Positions 9,627-20,820 of a stretch of DNA of 64,000 nt are shown here, piece after piece. Made by a program: the position numbers and the translations under genes. The notes below the pieces were generated by a model. It did no database searches and had not been told where the DNA came from. It saw only the letters and a list, made by a program, of their open reading frames with translations. Source of the stretch: Candidatus Bathyarchaeota archaeon (GTDB lineage: Archaea; Thermoproteota; Bathyarchaeia; TCS64); NCBI GenBank assembly GCA_963820555.1, contig CAWGAT010000044.1, positions 45,638 through 109,637 on the forward strand. Reading direction: 5' to 3'. Positions within the stretch are counted from its first letter, which is position 1. Each line of letters begins with the position of its first letter.

Positions 9627-10571
9627 TCACTTCTTACCCTCGCTTAGCCTCAACGCGATGGCGAGGCCACCGTAGAGCACAACATCCGACCCAAGCGGCG
9701 TTAGTCTAATCTCCGGCTTCCTATTGATGAGATGCCTCTCGATGCCCCTCTTGATCGGCTCGATTATCAAATCGGGGTTGTTAATGGCAACTGATCCGCC
9801 GACGGTAATCAGCTCCGGGTCGAAGGCGTTTACGATGTTAGCGAAACCGACCGCGTTCACCTTCCCCACCTCCTCAACCACGAACAACGCGTCACCATCC
9901 CCCTTTATGGCCGCCTCAAAAATCGTCTCCGACGTGAGCTTCCCGATGTTGCCCCCAACCATCTCCATCAGGAGGCCCCCCTTCAGATCCCTATTCCTAA
10001 GAAGTGTCCTCGCGTAGTTGGGTATGTTAGCCCCGCTGCAGTAGGCTTCCCAGTGGCCGCGACACCCGCAACCACAGATAAGCTCCGAGTCCGGGTCGAG
10101 GGTCAGGTGACCGATCTCGGGCGCGTTTCCATCCTTCCCGTTTAGAGGGTTTCCATCGACGATGGCGCCACCGCCCAATCCGGTGCTCAGGGTCACGTAG
10201 AAGAGGTTGTCGATCCCCCTTCCCGCCCCATAATCATGCTCCCCTATCACCGCCGCGTTGCAGTCGTTCATTATCTGAACGGGGACGCCGAACTCGGCCT
10301 CGAGGGGGGCGACGACGGGAATGTGCTTAAAGGCGAAATTCGGCGTCGCGCCTATCGCCCCCATCCTCGTATCAAGCGGCCCTATGGAGCCCACACCGAT
10401 GGCCAACGGCTCAGCGTCTAGACCCCTAATCATTCTAGCGATCTGCTTCGTAACACCCTCCGGGCCGTTCAACCTGTCAGTGGCCTCGGAGCGCTTGCTC
10501 TTTATCCCCTTCTCGCCGCCGACCGCCACCCTGATGTTCGTGGCGCCGATGTCAACCGCCGCGTAGGACAA
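9627..10571 (-). CDS. ROK-family sugar kinase (glucokinase-like)
   Basis: ATPase motif AVDIGATNIRVAV and ROK zinc motif CGCGCRGHWEAYCSG. Confidence 0.85.
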   Translation of the reverse strand: MSYAAVDIGATNIRVAVGGEKGIKSKRSEATDRLNGPEGVTKQIARMIRGLDAEPLAIGVGSIGPLDTRMGAIGATPNFAFKHIPVVAPLEAEFGVPVQIMNDCNAAVIGEHDYGAGRGIDNLFYVTLSTGLGGGAIVDGNPLNGKDGNAPEIGHLTLDPDSELICGCGCRGHWEAYCSGANIPNYARTLLRNRDLKGGLLMEMVGGNIGKLTSETIFEAAIKGDGDALFVVEEVGKVNAVGFANIVNAFDPELITVGGSVAINNPDLIIEPIKRGIERHLINRKPEIRLTPLGSDVVLYGGLAIALRLSEGKK

Positions 10572-10604
10572 CTCATGAAAAAAGGCGGCTGGGGAATAAA
10601 AGGG

Positions 10605-11621
10605 TCACTTCTTAGCGACGATGGTTGTGCGGAGCTTCCCTATGCCGGGGACCTCCGCCTCGAGGACGTCCCCCGTCTTGAGGAAGTTGTCGGGCTTCGT
10701 CTTGCCGTCGACGACTGGGCTGGTGTCCAGGGCTGTCCCTGAGCAGGTGCCGCCGCAGACGATGTCGCCGGGGTAGAGGTACATGTCCCTGCTGAGCCAT
10801 GCGATCCACCAGGGGTACTTCCTGATCATGCTCTCCATGGAGCCGTTTTGGCGTACCTTACCATTCACGGTTTGCTTGAGCTTGAGTTTGTAGACGTCGC
10901 CGATCTCGTCCTTGGTGACGAGGCACGGGCCCATGGGTGCGCAGCAGTCGAAGTTCTTGGCGAAGAAGAAGCCGTCGGGGCCCGCCATCCTGCCCCCGTC
11001 GCGGATGCTGAGGTCGTTAACTATGGTGTAGCCGTAGATGTAATCCTCGCCCTCATCCTCCTTGATGTCCTTCCCCTTCTTACCCAGCACGGCTCCGATC
11101 TCCACCTCGTAGTCGAGGCGCTGGGTGCGCGCCGGATAGGGTACGCTCTCATCGGGGTCAACTACGTTGCGCGCCTGCTTCCAGAAGCCCCAAGCGTTGT
11201 AAGTCCCCTCCTTCACCTGCTTCTTAATCTCCTCAACAGGGGTAGGGCGACCGAACATCTTAGATACATCAGCGCTGTGGTCGTAGAAGTTAGCCCCCGC
11301 CATAGCTAGTCTCGAGGCCGCGCTCGGCAGAGGGGCGTGGAACTTCACGTCGCTATCTTTGAAGAGCAGCTGCTCACCCTTCGCGGAGACCTTAACCTTC
11401 TTCGCGTAAGTGATGGCCTTCGCCGCGGCCTTCAAGCCAGCCTCACCCTCCTCTATGAACGCGAGGAGACACGAGGGGACCTCCACATCCGCCTTAGCAC
11501 ATGCCCTCGCCTCACCCTTGCTCTCAAGAAGTGCAGCGTAGGCGTGATTGAGGTCGACGACGGAGCCATCCTCCAGCCAGGCGCCGAGCCTCTTGTGTGG
11601 ACCGTATACAACAAGCTTCAT
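10605..11621 (-). CDS. fumarylacetoacetate hydrolase (FAH) family protein
   Basis: DYEVEIGAVLGKKG and GYTIVNDLSIRD motifs. Start placed at MKLVVYG; the ORF is open to 11651. Confidence 0.85.
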   Translation of the reverse strand: MKLVVYGPHKRLGAWLEDGSVVDLNHAYAALLESKGEARACAKADVEVPSCLLAFIEEGEAGLKAAAKAITYAKKVKVSAKGEQLLFKDSDVKFHAPLPSAASRLAMAGANFYDHSADVSKMFGRPTPVEEIKKQVKEGTYNAWGFWKQARNVVDPDESVPYPARTQRLDYEVEIGAVLGKKGKDIKEDEGEDYIYGYTIVNDLSIRDGGRMAGPDGFFFAKNFDCCAPMGPCLVTKDEIGDVYKLKLKQTVNGKVRQNGSMESMIRKYPWWIAWLSRDMYLYPGDIVCGGTCSGTALDTSPVVDGKTKPDNFLKTGDVLEAEVPGIGKLRTTIVAKK

Positions 11622-11655
11622 TAATGGTCGGTGAATACTCGGCGGCTCCACCGAT

Positions 11656-12426
11656 TTAAGCCTGAGCAGGCTTGCCCTTGGCTCCCCTTCCGATGGGGCA
11701 TGCGTCGAGGCACCGGGTACATTCGATGAAGCTCCCCGCGGTGGGTCTTATGATCAGTTTGTCGGTCATCGCCCTGACGTCCGCATCCACATCGATCGAC
11801 TCCGGGCTCTCTAGGGCGTAGACCATGCACCTTTTTATCTTGATCTCGTGGGGCTTCAGCGCACCGGTGGGGCAAGCTCGTATACAACGTGTGCAGTCTC
11901 CGCAGATGTCTCGTGTGAAGGGTGCGTCTGGTTCAAGGTCGGCCGATGTCAGGACTGCCCCGAGCCTGAGATTGGGGCCATAAGACTCGGAGATGAGCAC
12001 CGTATTCTTCCCCTGCATTCCGAGCCCCGCGAGTGGGGCGGCGCGCTTAAGTGGAAACCCGCCGGCTGGAACGGCATCGTATCCGAATCCTCTCAGCCAC
12101 CCCGCGAGTTGCCACGCCTTCCTTCCAATGACCTCTGAGTAGAGCTGATGGAACTCGAACCTCTCACCAGGATCGTGGAGTCCTATCCCCCTCCAATGCG
12201 GGTCGAGTGTGTGCACATTGAAGATCGGGTCCCAGATGTGGTATCCGAGAACTATGGCCGATTTTACGGATGGTAGCTCTTCGACGGCGGGGACGAGGGT
12301 ATGCACCCCCTCCACATCCCCCGATGGAAGCTTACTCAATTGCTCCAGAGAAAGGATGCCCACAGCGGAGAACCCTATACTCACCGCCTTCTCCTTCACC
12401 TCGCTGCTGCCCACCAATTTAATCAA
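11656..12426 (-). CDS. 4Fe-4S dicluster protein, epoxyqueuosine-reductase (QueG)-like
   Basis: Ferredoxin-type motifs CGDCTRCIRACP and ECTRCLDACP at the C-terminus of a ~250-aa protein. Confidence 0.55.
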   Translation of the reverse strand: MIKLVGSSEVKEKAVSIGFSAVGILSLEQLSKLPSGDVEGVHTLVPAVEELPSVKSAIVLGYHIWDPIFNVHTLDPHWRGIGLHDPGERFEFHQLYSEVIGRKAWQLAGWLRGFGYDAVPAGGFPLKRAAPLAGLGMQGKNTVLISESYGPNLRLGAVLTSADLEPDAPFTRDICGDCTRCIRACPTGALKPHEIKIKRCMVYALESPESIDVDADVRAMTDKLIIRPTAGSFIECTRCLDACPIGRGAKGKPAQA

Positions 12427-12479
12427 TCCACAATTGCTGCTTCCTTTAATATCCTATTCGCAGTCAGGTGACGTGTATA

Positions 12480-12932
12480 TTACCTGATTCTTAGACCCTC
12501 CGCGAATCTCTTCGCGTCCTGTATATCAGCCTCGTTGGGCCTACCCTTGTTTATTCCGCCTAATAGTTTGAGGGCTCCATATGTGTCGAAGGCTCGACAG
12601 TGCCACTCCCCGACTACCTTCAGGCCTTTATCCCCAAGGTGCTTCCTCAGCTCCTCGTGTGCCCTCTGGTAGGAGTCGCTGCCGTGGGTGCTGAAGATGA
12701 AGGCGGGCTTATCGATGCCCATCGGAAGACTATCGATGAAGGCTATGAGCCTCTTATCGAACTTATCGAAGTAGTTTCCAGACGCGAAGCCGATCAAGTC
12801 GAAACCGCTGATCGACTCCAGTTTGGTTGATTCAGGACTTCTCAGCTCTGCCTCGAGCACTTCCCCTATGGCTTTGGCAATCTTTTCCGTGTTTCCATGG
12901 TGGTAGGAGATGTAGACGATAAGGGTCTTCAT
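12480..12932 (-). CDS. flavodoxin-family protein
   Basis: MKTLIVYISYHHGNTEKIA flavodoxin-like N-terminus; 150 aa. Confidence 0.8.
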   Translation of the reverse strand: MKTLIVYISYHHGNTEKIAKAIGEVLEAELRSPESTKLESISGFDLIGFASGNYFDKFDKRLIAFIDSLPMGIDKPAFIFSTHGSDSYQRAHEELRKHLGDKGLKVVGEWHCRAFDTYGALKLLGGINKGRPNEADIQDAKRFAEGLRIR

Positions 12933-13087
12933 AGTTTGTTTTGTTTCATGCCGATATTTGCGGCTTGCTAACCAGAGCAGTCCTATTTACTACATTTATA
13001 ATCCGAATCGCCGCAACCATTACTGCAGAATGGTTATATGCCGCGATAAAAGATGTTGAAGGATTCCTCAAGGAGTTAACCACGTTG

Positions 13088-13901
13088 ATGGAGATCAGGT
13101 TCCACGGAAGGGGCGGCCAGGGTGCCGTCACCGGAGTTAGGCTCCTCTCTACAGCGATGTACTACGAGGGTAAGTACACCCTCGGCATCCCAATGTACGG
13201 CACAGAGAGGCGCGGAGCACCGGTCCAATCATTCCTCAGGATCAGCGATGACAGGATTTACGAGCGCGACCTCGTCCACGAGCCGGACATGGTCGTCGTC
13301 CTAGACCCCCTCCTCGCTAAGACGGTCCCCGTGACGCAAGGGACTCAAGAAAGGCGGGCTCGTCCTCGTCAACCACCCACATGGTGGCCTCGAGACTGGC
13401 ATCGGTGGTCCATTCAAGGTCGCCACGGTCGACGCGACGAAGGTCGCGATGGAGACCATCGGAAGGCCAATCACTAATACCGCCATCCTCGGCGCATTCG
13501 CCAAGGTGACTGGAATGGTGAAGCTGAGCAGCCTCGAGGAGGCCGCCCACCACCAGTGGAGTGGGCGCATTGGCGAGATGAACATCAAGGCGATGCAAAA
13601 TGCTTACGAGGCCGCGACGCCCGCCGTCGACGTTTCCAAGGTCAAGATGGAGGAGGTCTCGGTCCAGGCAAAGGCTCGCAAAGCGGGTGACCGCGACGTC
13701 TCCAGCTGGAGGCTCTACCGTCCAGTCTTCAACGACGCGAAGTGCGTCGGGTGCCGCCGCTGCTTCATCCTCTGCCCGGAGGTCGCAATCGGCATGAAGA
13801 ACAACAAGGCGGTTGTCAACTACCAGTACTGCAAGGGCTGCGGCATCTGCATGGAGGAGTGCCCGACGAAGGCCATCGACTGGGTCCAGGAGACCATCTA
13901 A
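13088..13901 (+). CDS. 2-oxoacid:ferredoxin oxidoreductase gamma-delta fusion, with a 1-nt frameshift at 13340-13342
   Basis: Gamma part: FHGRGGQGAVTG, GIPMYGTERRGAP. Delta part: CVGCRRCFILCP and CKGCGICMEECP. An extra G in a GGG run shifts the frame. After correction gamma and delta read through with no stop between them. Confidence 0.85.
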
Positions 13902-13916
13902 GGAGGAGAATGAGAT

Positions 13917-15096
13917 ATGCCACAGAAATTCGAGGTTATGGTCGGTAACAAGGCGGTCGCCCACGCGGTTAGACTCGCCAGGGCGAAGTTCATCTCCGCC
14001 TTCCCCATCACCCCCCAGACAACCATCGTCCAGTACATCGCTGACATGGTAGCCAACGGGGAGATTGACGCCGAGTACGTCACCACAGAGGGCGAGCTTA
14101 CCGCCCAGGCATCCGCATTCACAGCGGGCGCCGCGGGGGTACGCGCCTTCACAGCCACTGCAGGCCCAGGTCTCCTATACATGCACCACCCGATGATCGC
14201 CACGAGGAATAACAGGGTCCCCGTGGTAATGGCGGTCATGCACAGGGGCATCAAGGGGATGGACCCCGACCAGACCGACATGATGGCGCAGCGCGAGACG
14301 GGCTGGATGATGATGGAGTGCGAGAGCGGACAGGAGGTCCTCGACACGGGTCTCATGGCCTACAAGGTCGCCGAGGACGAGCGCGTCCGCCTCCCCTGCA
14401 TCTTCGCCGGCGACGGCTACATACTCAGCTACACAGACGAACCCATCGATATCCCCGACGAGGCGAAGGTAGACGCCTTCCTCCCGCCGTACAAGACGAT
14501 GATCCCCCTCCTACCCGACCAGGGCAAGGAGAGCCAGGCCTTCCAGATGAGGCAGTGGAGCGTCGGCCGGGACGTGCAGACCACCTTCATCGAGGACCAG
14601 CAGGCGATGGAGAACGCCAAGAAGGTCATCAAGGAGGTCAACGCCGAGTTCAAGAAAATGTTCGGCCGCGGCTACGGGAACGGCCTCGTCGAGGAGTACA
14701 AGACGAAGGACGTGGACGCCGTCATAGTCGCAGCCGGCACAATCGCGAGCACGGCACGCGTCGCCATCGACAGGCTCCAGGCAGAGGGGAAGAAGGTCGG
14801 CCTAGTGAGGCTCAAGACCTTCAAGCCCTTCCCAGCCGAGGAGTTCGCAGCGCATCGGCCCCAAGGTAAAGGCGATGGGCATCATCGACCGCAACATAAG
14901 CATCGGCTCCGGAGGCTGGACCTTCGGCGAGATAAGGAACGCCATGTACGAGATCGAGGAGAGGCCAAAGACCCTCCAGTTCCACGCCGGCCTCAACGGA
15001 AAGGAAGTCCGAGTACAGGACATAATGAAGATAGGAGAGAAGACCCTCAAGGCCGCGGGCGGCGCGAAGGTCTCTCCCCTAGTGGAGTGGGTCTAA
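13917..15096 (+). CDS. porA: 2-oxoacid:ferredoxin oxidoreductase alpha subunit, with a 1-nt frameshift near 14852
   Basis: AFPITPQT and TAGPGL motifs. The C-terminal 73 aa (MGIIDRNISIGSGGW...) continue in ORF 14875-15096. Confidence 0.88.
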
Positions 15097-15109
15097 GGAG
15101 GAATATGAA

Positions 15110-16006
15110 ATGAGCAAACCATTTCCACTCGTGAAGCTAGACGAGAAGGAGTACATCCAACCAGCGAACCAGTCCTGCCAGGGCTGCACCGGCGCCTCAG
15201 TCGCGAGGATCGTCGCCAAGGTCCTGAAGGACAAGATGGTCCGCCAGGAGGTCGCCTGCTGTGGCCCAGCCTTCGGCAACCTCGAGCAGCCAAGCATCTA
15301 CGGCGAGGTCTTCGAGGGCGCAGGCGCAATGTCGACGGGCCTCAGCCGAGCCTTCAAGAGGCTGGAGCGTGAGGACGCCATCGTCACCACGATCGTGGGC
15401 GACGGAGGCACCACCGACATCGGATTCCAGGGCCTCTCGGGCGCCGCGGAGCGCAACGAGAACGTCCTCTGGGTCTGCTACGACAACGAGGCCTATATGA
15501 ACACTGGAGGGCAGCGCAGCAGCGCCACCACGAAGTACGCGGAGACAACGACGACCCCAGTCGGCGAGTTCAGCCGAGGCAAGAAGGAGAAGAGGAAGAA
15601 CGTCGCCGCCATGGTCGCCCTCCACAGGGTCCCCTACATGGCAACCGCAAGCATCGCCTACCCCGAGGACTTCATCGGGAAGCTCGAATACGCGAAGAAC
15701 GTCAAGGGCTTCCGCTTCATCCAGGTCTCCGCCCCCTGCCCCACGGGCTGGAGGTTCGAGCCCCAGGTCGCAGTGAAGATCGGCAAGGAGATGGTCCTGA
15801 GCGGCATGTGGCCCCTCTACGAGGTCATCGACGGCGAGAAGTTCCGCATCACCTACAAGCCGAAGGAGCTGAAGCCGGTGAAGGATGTCCTCAAGATGCA
15901 GGGCAGGTTCCGCCACATCACGGAGGACGAGATAAAGGAGATCCAGGACGACGTAACCGCATACTGGAGCCGCCTCGTCGCAAAGGATGGCAAGGAGTTC
16001 TTCTAA
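15110..16006 (+). CDS. porB: 2-oxoacid:ferredoxin oxidoreductase beta (TPP-binding) subunit
   Basis: CQGCTG Cys motif and GDGGTTDIGFQ TPP-binding motif; intact 298 aa. Confidence 0.9.
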   Translation: MSKPFPLVKLDEKEYIQPANQSCQGCTGASVARIVAKVLKDKMVRQEVACCGPAFGNLEQPSIYGEVFEGAGAMSTGLSRAFKRLEREDAIVTTIVGDGGTTDIGFQGLSGAAERNENVLWVCYDNEAYMNTGGQRSSATTKYAETTTTPVGEFSRGKKEKRKNVAAMVALHRVPYMATASIAYPEDFIGKLEYAKNVKGFRFIQVSAPCPTGWRFEPQVAVKIGKEMVLSGMWPLYEVIDGEKFRITYKPKELKPVKDVLKMQGRFRHITEDEIKEIQDDVTAYWSRLVAKDGKEFF

Positions 16007-16219
16007 GAACTCCTGGTCTCCACATATTTTTACATCTTTCAGTATCTATTTACCCCACTCAAAATAATATTTATTTTCACCCCTCTCTTTTCACTGGGAA
16101 TTTTTACCTGTAACTATTATTCTCTATACCAACATAAACAATATATGTAGTCATTAGAATACTTACTGATTCCCTTTGCCGTACTTTGGGTTCCAGGCAG
16201 ATGCCGGGTCGGTGATAAC

Positions 16220-17093
16220 ATGGTGAAGATACTGCTTCTCGGACTCTCGGGTGACACCGGGTGCCAGATAGCGACCGTGGGACTCCACGAGGCACTCCTC
16301 GGCATCCTCAAGGCAAACGAACTGGTCTACGCGCCGACACTCATGGATGCGAAGGAGATCCCAGAAACAGATCGACGTCGCCATAATCGAGGGCGGGGTC
16401 CGGACCGAGCACGAGGTCGAGACGACAAAGAAGATCCGCGAGAGATCAAGCATCCTGATCACCCTCGGCTCCTGCGCCTGCTTCGGAGGCGTCCCCGGGC
16501 TCGCGAACCTCAAGGAGGGGCAAGAGTTACTGAACAGGGTCTACTCGGAGCAAAAGGGCACCGTCCCCTCCGAGTTACCAACCGTCGACAAACTCCTACC
16601 GAAGCAGCAGGCAATCGGGGACTACGTCAAGGTAGACTATAGAATACCTGGCTGCCCACCCGAGACCAGCGACATCGCCGGGATCCTCACGACGATACTC
16701 AGCGGTGGAACCCCCGAGCTCAGCAAGACCGACGTCTGCGAACTCTGCCCCCGCGAGCGCATAGGGGAGTACAGCAAGAAGCTCAAGAGAATATACGAGG
16801 AGGTCGCGGACCCTGAGAGGTGCCTGCTTGAGCAGGGCTTCCTCTGCATGGGGCCGGCCACGATGGGTGGATGCGGTGCCCCGTGCCCGAAGGCAGGGAT
16901 GCCGTGCGACGGCTGCCGTGGGCCAACCGCGGGCAACAGCGACCAGGGCCTCACGATGCTAGATGCCCTAACGAGCCTTACTAAAGAGGCAAACGAGAAC
17001 TTCAGCCTATCCGAATACGCGGGCACAATTTACCGGTACACATACCAGAGCAGCCAGCTCGCCAAGATCCTCAACGGAGGCAGCAAGAAATGA
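16220..17093 (+). CDS. mvhG: group-3 (Mvh-type) [NiFe] hydrogenase small subunit, with a frameshift near 16365
   Basis: LGSCACFGGVPG, IPGCPP and GGCGAPCPKAGMPCDGCRGP motifs. The frame changes in the gaaac run. The N-terminus reads GLSGDTGCQ where a CxGC pair is expected. Confidence 0.8.
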
Positions 17094-18491
17094 CCGAAAC
17101 CATCATGATCAACCCCCTGACGAGGCTCGAGGGGACGGGCAAGGTTAAAATCGAGGTCGAGGACGGGGCAGTGAAGGACCTCCAATTCAGCGTGGCCGTT
17201 GGCCCCAGATTCTTCGAGTACCTCCTCACGAACAAGCAGGCGGAGGACGCACCAAGGATAAGTGAGCGCATCTGCGGGATATGCTACGTCAACCACCACC
17301 TCGTCTCAGTGAAGGCGGTGGAGGACGCCTGGGGGGTTCAGGTACCGGAGGTGGCGACGCTGCTGCGCCGCACACTGAACGCTGCCAGCTTCGTCACGAG
17401 TCACGTCTTGCACCTCGCTTTCCTCGCCCTACCCGACCTCATCCCCATAGAGAACCGCAACGTCATCGGCGTGGCCGATGCCGCCCCAGATCTCGCCTCC
17501 GCCGCCCTCCAGCTCCACGAGTACGGAAACAGGGTGGTGACCGAGATAGGCGGCAGGCTCGTCCATGTCGTCACGAGCGTCCCCGGCGGGCAAACGAAGG
17601 GGCTCACGGGTGAGGCGAGATACAAGCTCCTACGCGAGGGGCGCGTCGCACTCACAAACGTGCGCAAAATAGCCGACGCAATCTTCGGAATATACGAGAA
17701 GCGCATAAACGACCCCACCGAATACATGGGGCTCGATTCGCCCTACATGGGGCTCGTCACCAAGGATGGTGGATACGAACTCTACGACGGCGAGATAAGG
17801 GTCAGGGACTGCACAGGGCACACAACTACTCCAGTTCCCCGCTCAGGAGTACTACAAGCGGCTGGAAGAGACCACGAGCGCCCACAGCTTCACCAAGATC
17901 CAGTACCTCAAGGACATGGGCCCCATCGGTGGCACCATGAGGGTGGGACCCCTAGCGAGGATCAACGTCATCGATAAGATGCAATGGGGCACAGCAGCGG
18001 AGTACCTGAAGTCTTATGAGCGCATATTCAAGCGCCCCACCGATGACACCGCCGCATACAACCTCGCCAGAACAGTCGAACTCGTCGCATCAGTCGATGA
18101 GGTGCTCGACGGCCTAGGAAACGATGTCATAATGACAGAGAGAACGAGAGAGCCCGTCAAGGCGAGGGCCGGCGTCGGCTACGCCTTCGTCGAGGCGCCG
18201 CGCGGTCTACTCTTCCACAGCTACGAGATCGACGAGAGAGGCATCATAAAGGCGGCGAATATAGTCGCACCGACGACCTTCAACCACAGGAGCATCGAGA
18301 AGAATCTCAGGCTGTACGCCGACGCGCACGCTGAAGCGTTCTCGAAGCAGGATACGAGGAAGGACGCTATGTGGGGAATAGAGAAGATAGTGAGGGCATA
18401 CGACCCTTGCCTCAGCTGTAGCGTCCACATGGTCGAGGTAGACGTGACCGTGGACGGTGTGAGGCACACGAATAGGAGGGATCAGAAGTGA
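17090..18491 (+). CDS. mvhA: group-3 (Mvh-type) [NiFe] hydrogenase large subunit, with a frameshift near 17808-17822
   Basis: N-terminal NiFe motif RICGICYVNHH and C-terminal DPCLSCSVH. 4-nt overlap with the small-subunit gene. The second half lies in ORF 17916-18491. Confidence 0.85.
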
Positions 18492-20820
18492 GTGCGATAG
18501 TGATCTTCGACACCTTCGGGGAGACCCTGAAGGAGAGGCTCGACATCGACGCCCTCGAGAGGTACGCGAAGGGGATGGAGGGCGTTTATGAGGCCTATCA
18601 GACCCCGGTCCTTAACCAGAAGGTGATGCTAGACAGACTCAGAGACGTCAAGCTGAACGGCGGTAAAGATGTCACCAGCGTCGTCGCCGTTACGGGTTCC
18701 CGCGTGAGGCTGGAGAAACCCCTACAGAGGGCGATGGAGGGGGCTGGACTCGACCCAAACCAGCTCGTCATCACCAACGTCCGGGAGCAGTGTGCCCTAG
18801 TGCATGACATTAGGTCGGAGGCGACGGAGAAAGCGAAGAGCCTCATACGCGTCGCCGTCGAGAAGGCGAGGATGAGCACCCCCCTCGACAGGAAGGTCGT
18901 GCAGCGCTTTAACGACGTACTCGTAATCGGCGGGGGCGTCTCAGGTATCCAAGCTTCTCTTGATCTCGCGAAGCTCGGCATGATGGTTCATCTAATCGAG
19001 CGGGAGCCCACCATCGGCGGCTTGATGCCCCTGCTGGGCAAGACGTTCCCGGAGGATAGCTGCGCCATCTGCATCGGCGGTCCCAAGATGATGGACGTCG
19101 GCAACGAGCAGGGCATCGAGGTCCTCGACAACAGCGAGGTCGAGGCCGTGATAAGGATGCCCGTTGGCTACCGCGTCCACGTGAGGAGGAAGCCGCGATA
19201 CGTCGATGCTGAAAAGTGCGTCGCCTGCGGCCAGTGCACTGAGAGGTGTCCTGTCAGCGTCCCTGACCAGATAAATAGGGGAATAAGCAAGCGGAAGGCG
19301 ATCTACCTCCCCCACTCAAACGCGATCCCGAGGAAGTACGTCATCGACTCCGAGGCTTGTCTATACCTCACCAAGGGGAGCTGCCGCCTCTGCGAGCGCG
19401 TCTGCCCCAACCAGGCGATAAACTTCAAGGACGAGGAGCAATTCAAGGACCTCTACGTCGGCTCGATAATCGTCGCCACGGGGGTCGACAACTGGGACGC
19501 CCGGAAGCACCCCAAGTACGGCGCGGAGAACAGAGACGTCATCGACCAGTTCCAGCTCGCACGCTACCTAGACGGCGAGGGCCCAACCGCGGGAATCCTC
19601 ACCAAGCCCAGCGACGGGCAGAAGCCGAAGAAGATAGTCATGATCCAGTGCGCCGGTAGTAGGGACCCGGAGATTAACCCATGGTGCAGCCGATACTGCT
19701 GCATGGCGGCGATGAAGCACGCCGAGGAGATAAAGCTCCACCAGGGCGCAGATATCGACATCACGATTCTCTTCAAGGACATACGTGCCGGCGGCAAGTA
19801 CTACGAGGAATTCTACAACCGCGTCAAGACCATCGGCATCAACTTCGTCCACGGAAACCTAGACGCCGTTAAAGGAGGCCGAGGACGGAGGCCTGATCGT
19901 CGAGTATACGGACGGTAAGGGGCAGAAGGTATCGACGCCGAGTGATCTAGTGGTTCTCAGCACAGGCATGGTCCCAAGCAAGGGGACCCACGACCTCGCG
20001 GAGAGGCTCGGCCTCGAACTCGACACCGACGGATTCTTCAAGGAGGTGGACACGAAGGTCGCGAGCACAATAACGAAGCGTCCCGGTGTCTACCTCGCGG
20101 GGGCGTGCCACTCACCCAAGGACATCCCAGAGTCCGTAGCGCAGGCGAGCGCCGCTGCAGCGATGGCAGGCCTCCACCTCATGAAGGAGGTGGACGCCAA
20201 CAAGCCGATCCTGACCCCCAAGGTCGACCCGGCGAGGTGCGGCCGATGCGGCGTCTGCCCGACGGTATGCCCCTATCAGGCCATCACAATGCCGATCGAG
20301 GGCCCCGTCCGAATCGACGAGACCCTATGCCAAAGCTGCGGCCTATGCATATCCAGCTGCCCGACACGAGCCCTCGACAACCCAAACTTCGGATTCGACT
20401 TAGTGGATGCCCAGGTGAAAGCCGCCTTAGTTGGAGAGAAGGGGGCGACGAAGATCATAGGCTTCGCCTGTAATGACTGTGGGTACAGACTACTCGACAT
20501 CGCTGGGGTGGCTGGAGCGAGATACAGCCCCTCATTCATACCCATATACGTCCCATGCATGAGCACTATCAGCCTCCGCCACATAGTCGGGGCCCTCGAC
20601 CAAGGTGCGGACGGAGTCATGCTCATAGGCTGCGTCAAGGATCGCTGCCACTATCGAGAAGGGTGTCGACCACGCCGAGGGGCAGCTTAGATTCATGGAG
20701 GGCCTCTACGGCGAGGGCGGCGCGCCTATAAGAGTCTTGAAGAGCTGCGGCTCCATGCTGGAGCAGTTCCTCACGGAGCTGGATGGGTTGGTTAAACAGA
20801 TCGAGGAGGCGAGGAAATGA
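18488..20820 (+). CDS. hdrA: HdrA-MvhD fusion protein, copy 1 (frameshifts near 19874 and 20650)
   Basis: FAD site VLVIGGGVSGIQASL, ferredoxin motifs CVACGQCTERCP and CRLCERVCP, and CAGSRD. C-terminal MvhD-like IIGFACNDCGY...VPCMSTISLRHIVGALDQGADGVMLIGC. The N-terminal cluster cysteines are absent. Confidence 0.85.

Noticed and set aside
13317-15916. Long antisense or alternate-frame ORFs over the POR operon (13317-13964, 13898-14356, 14318-14869, 15197-15916)
   Set aside because: They fully overlap conserved POR subunit frames and have no motifs. They are GC-driven open frames.
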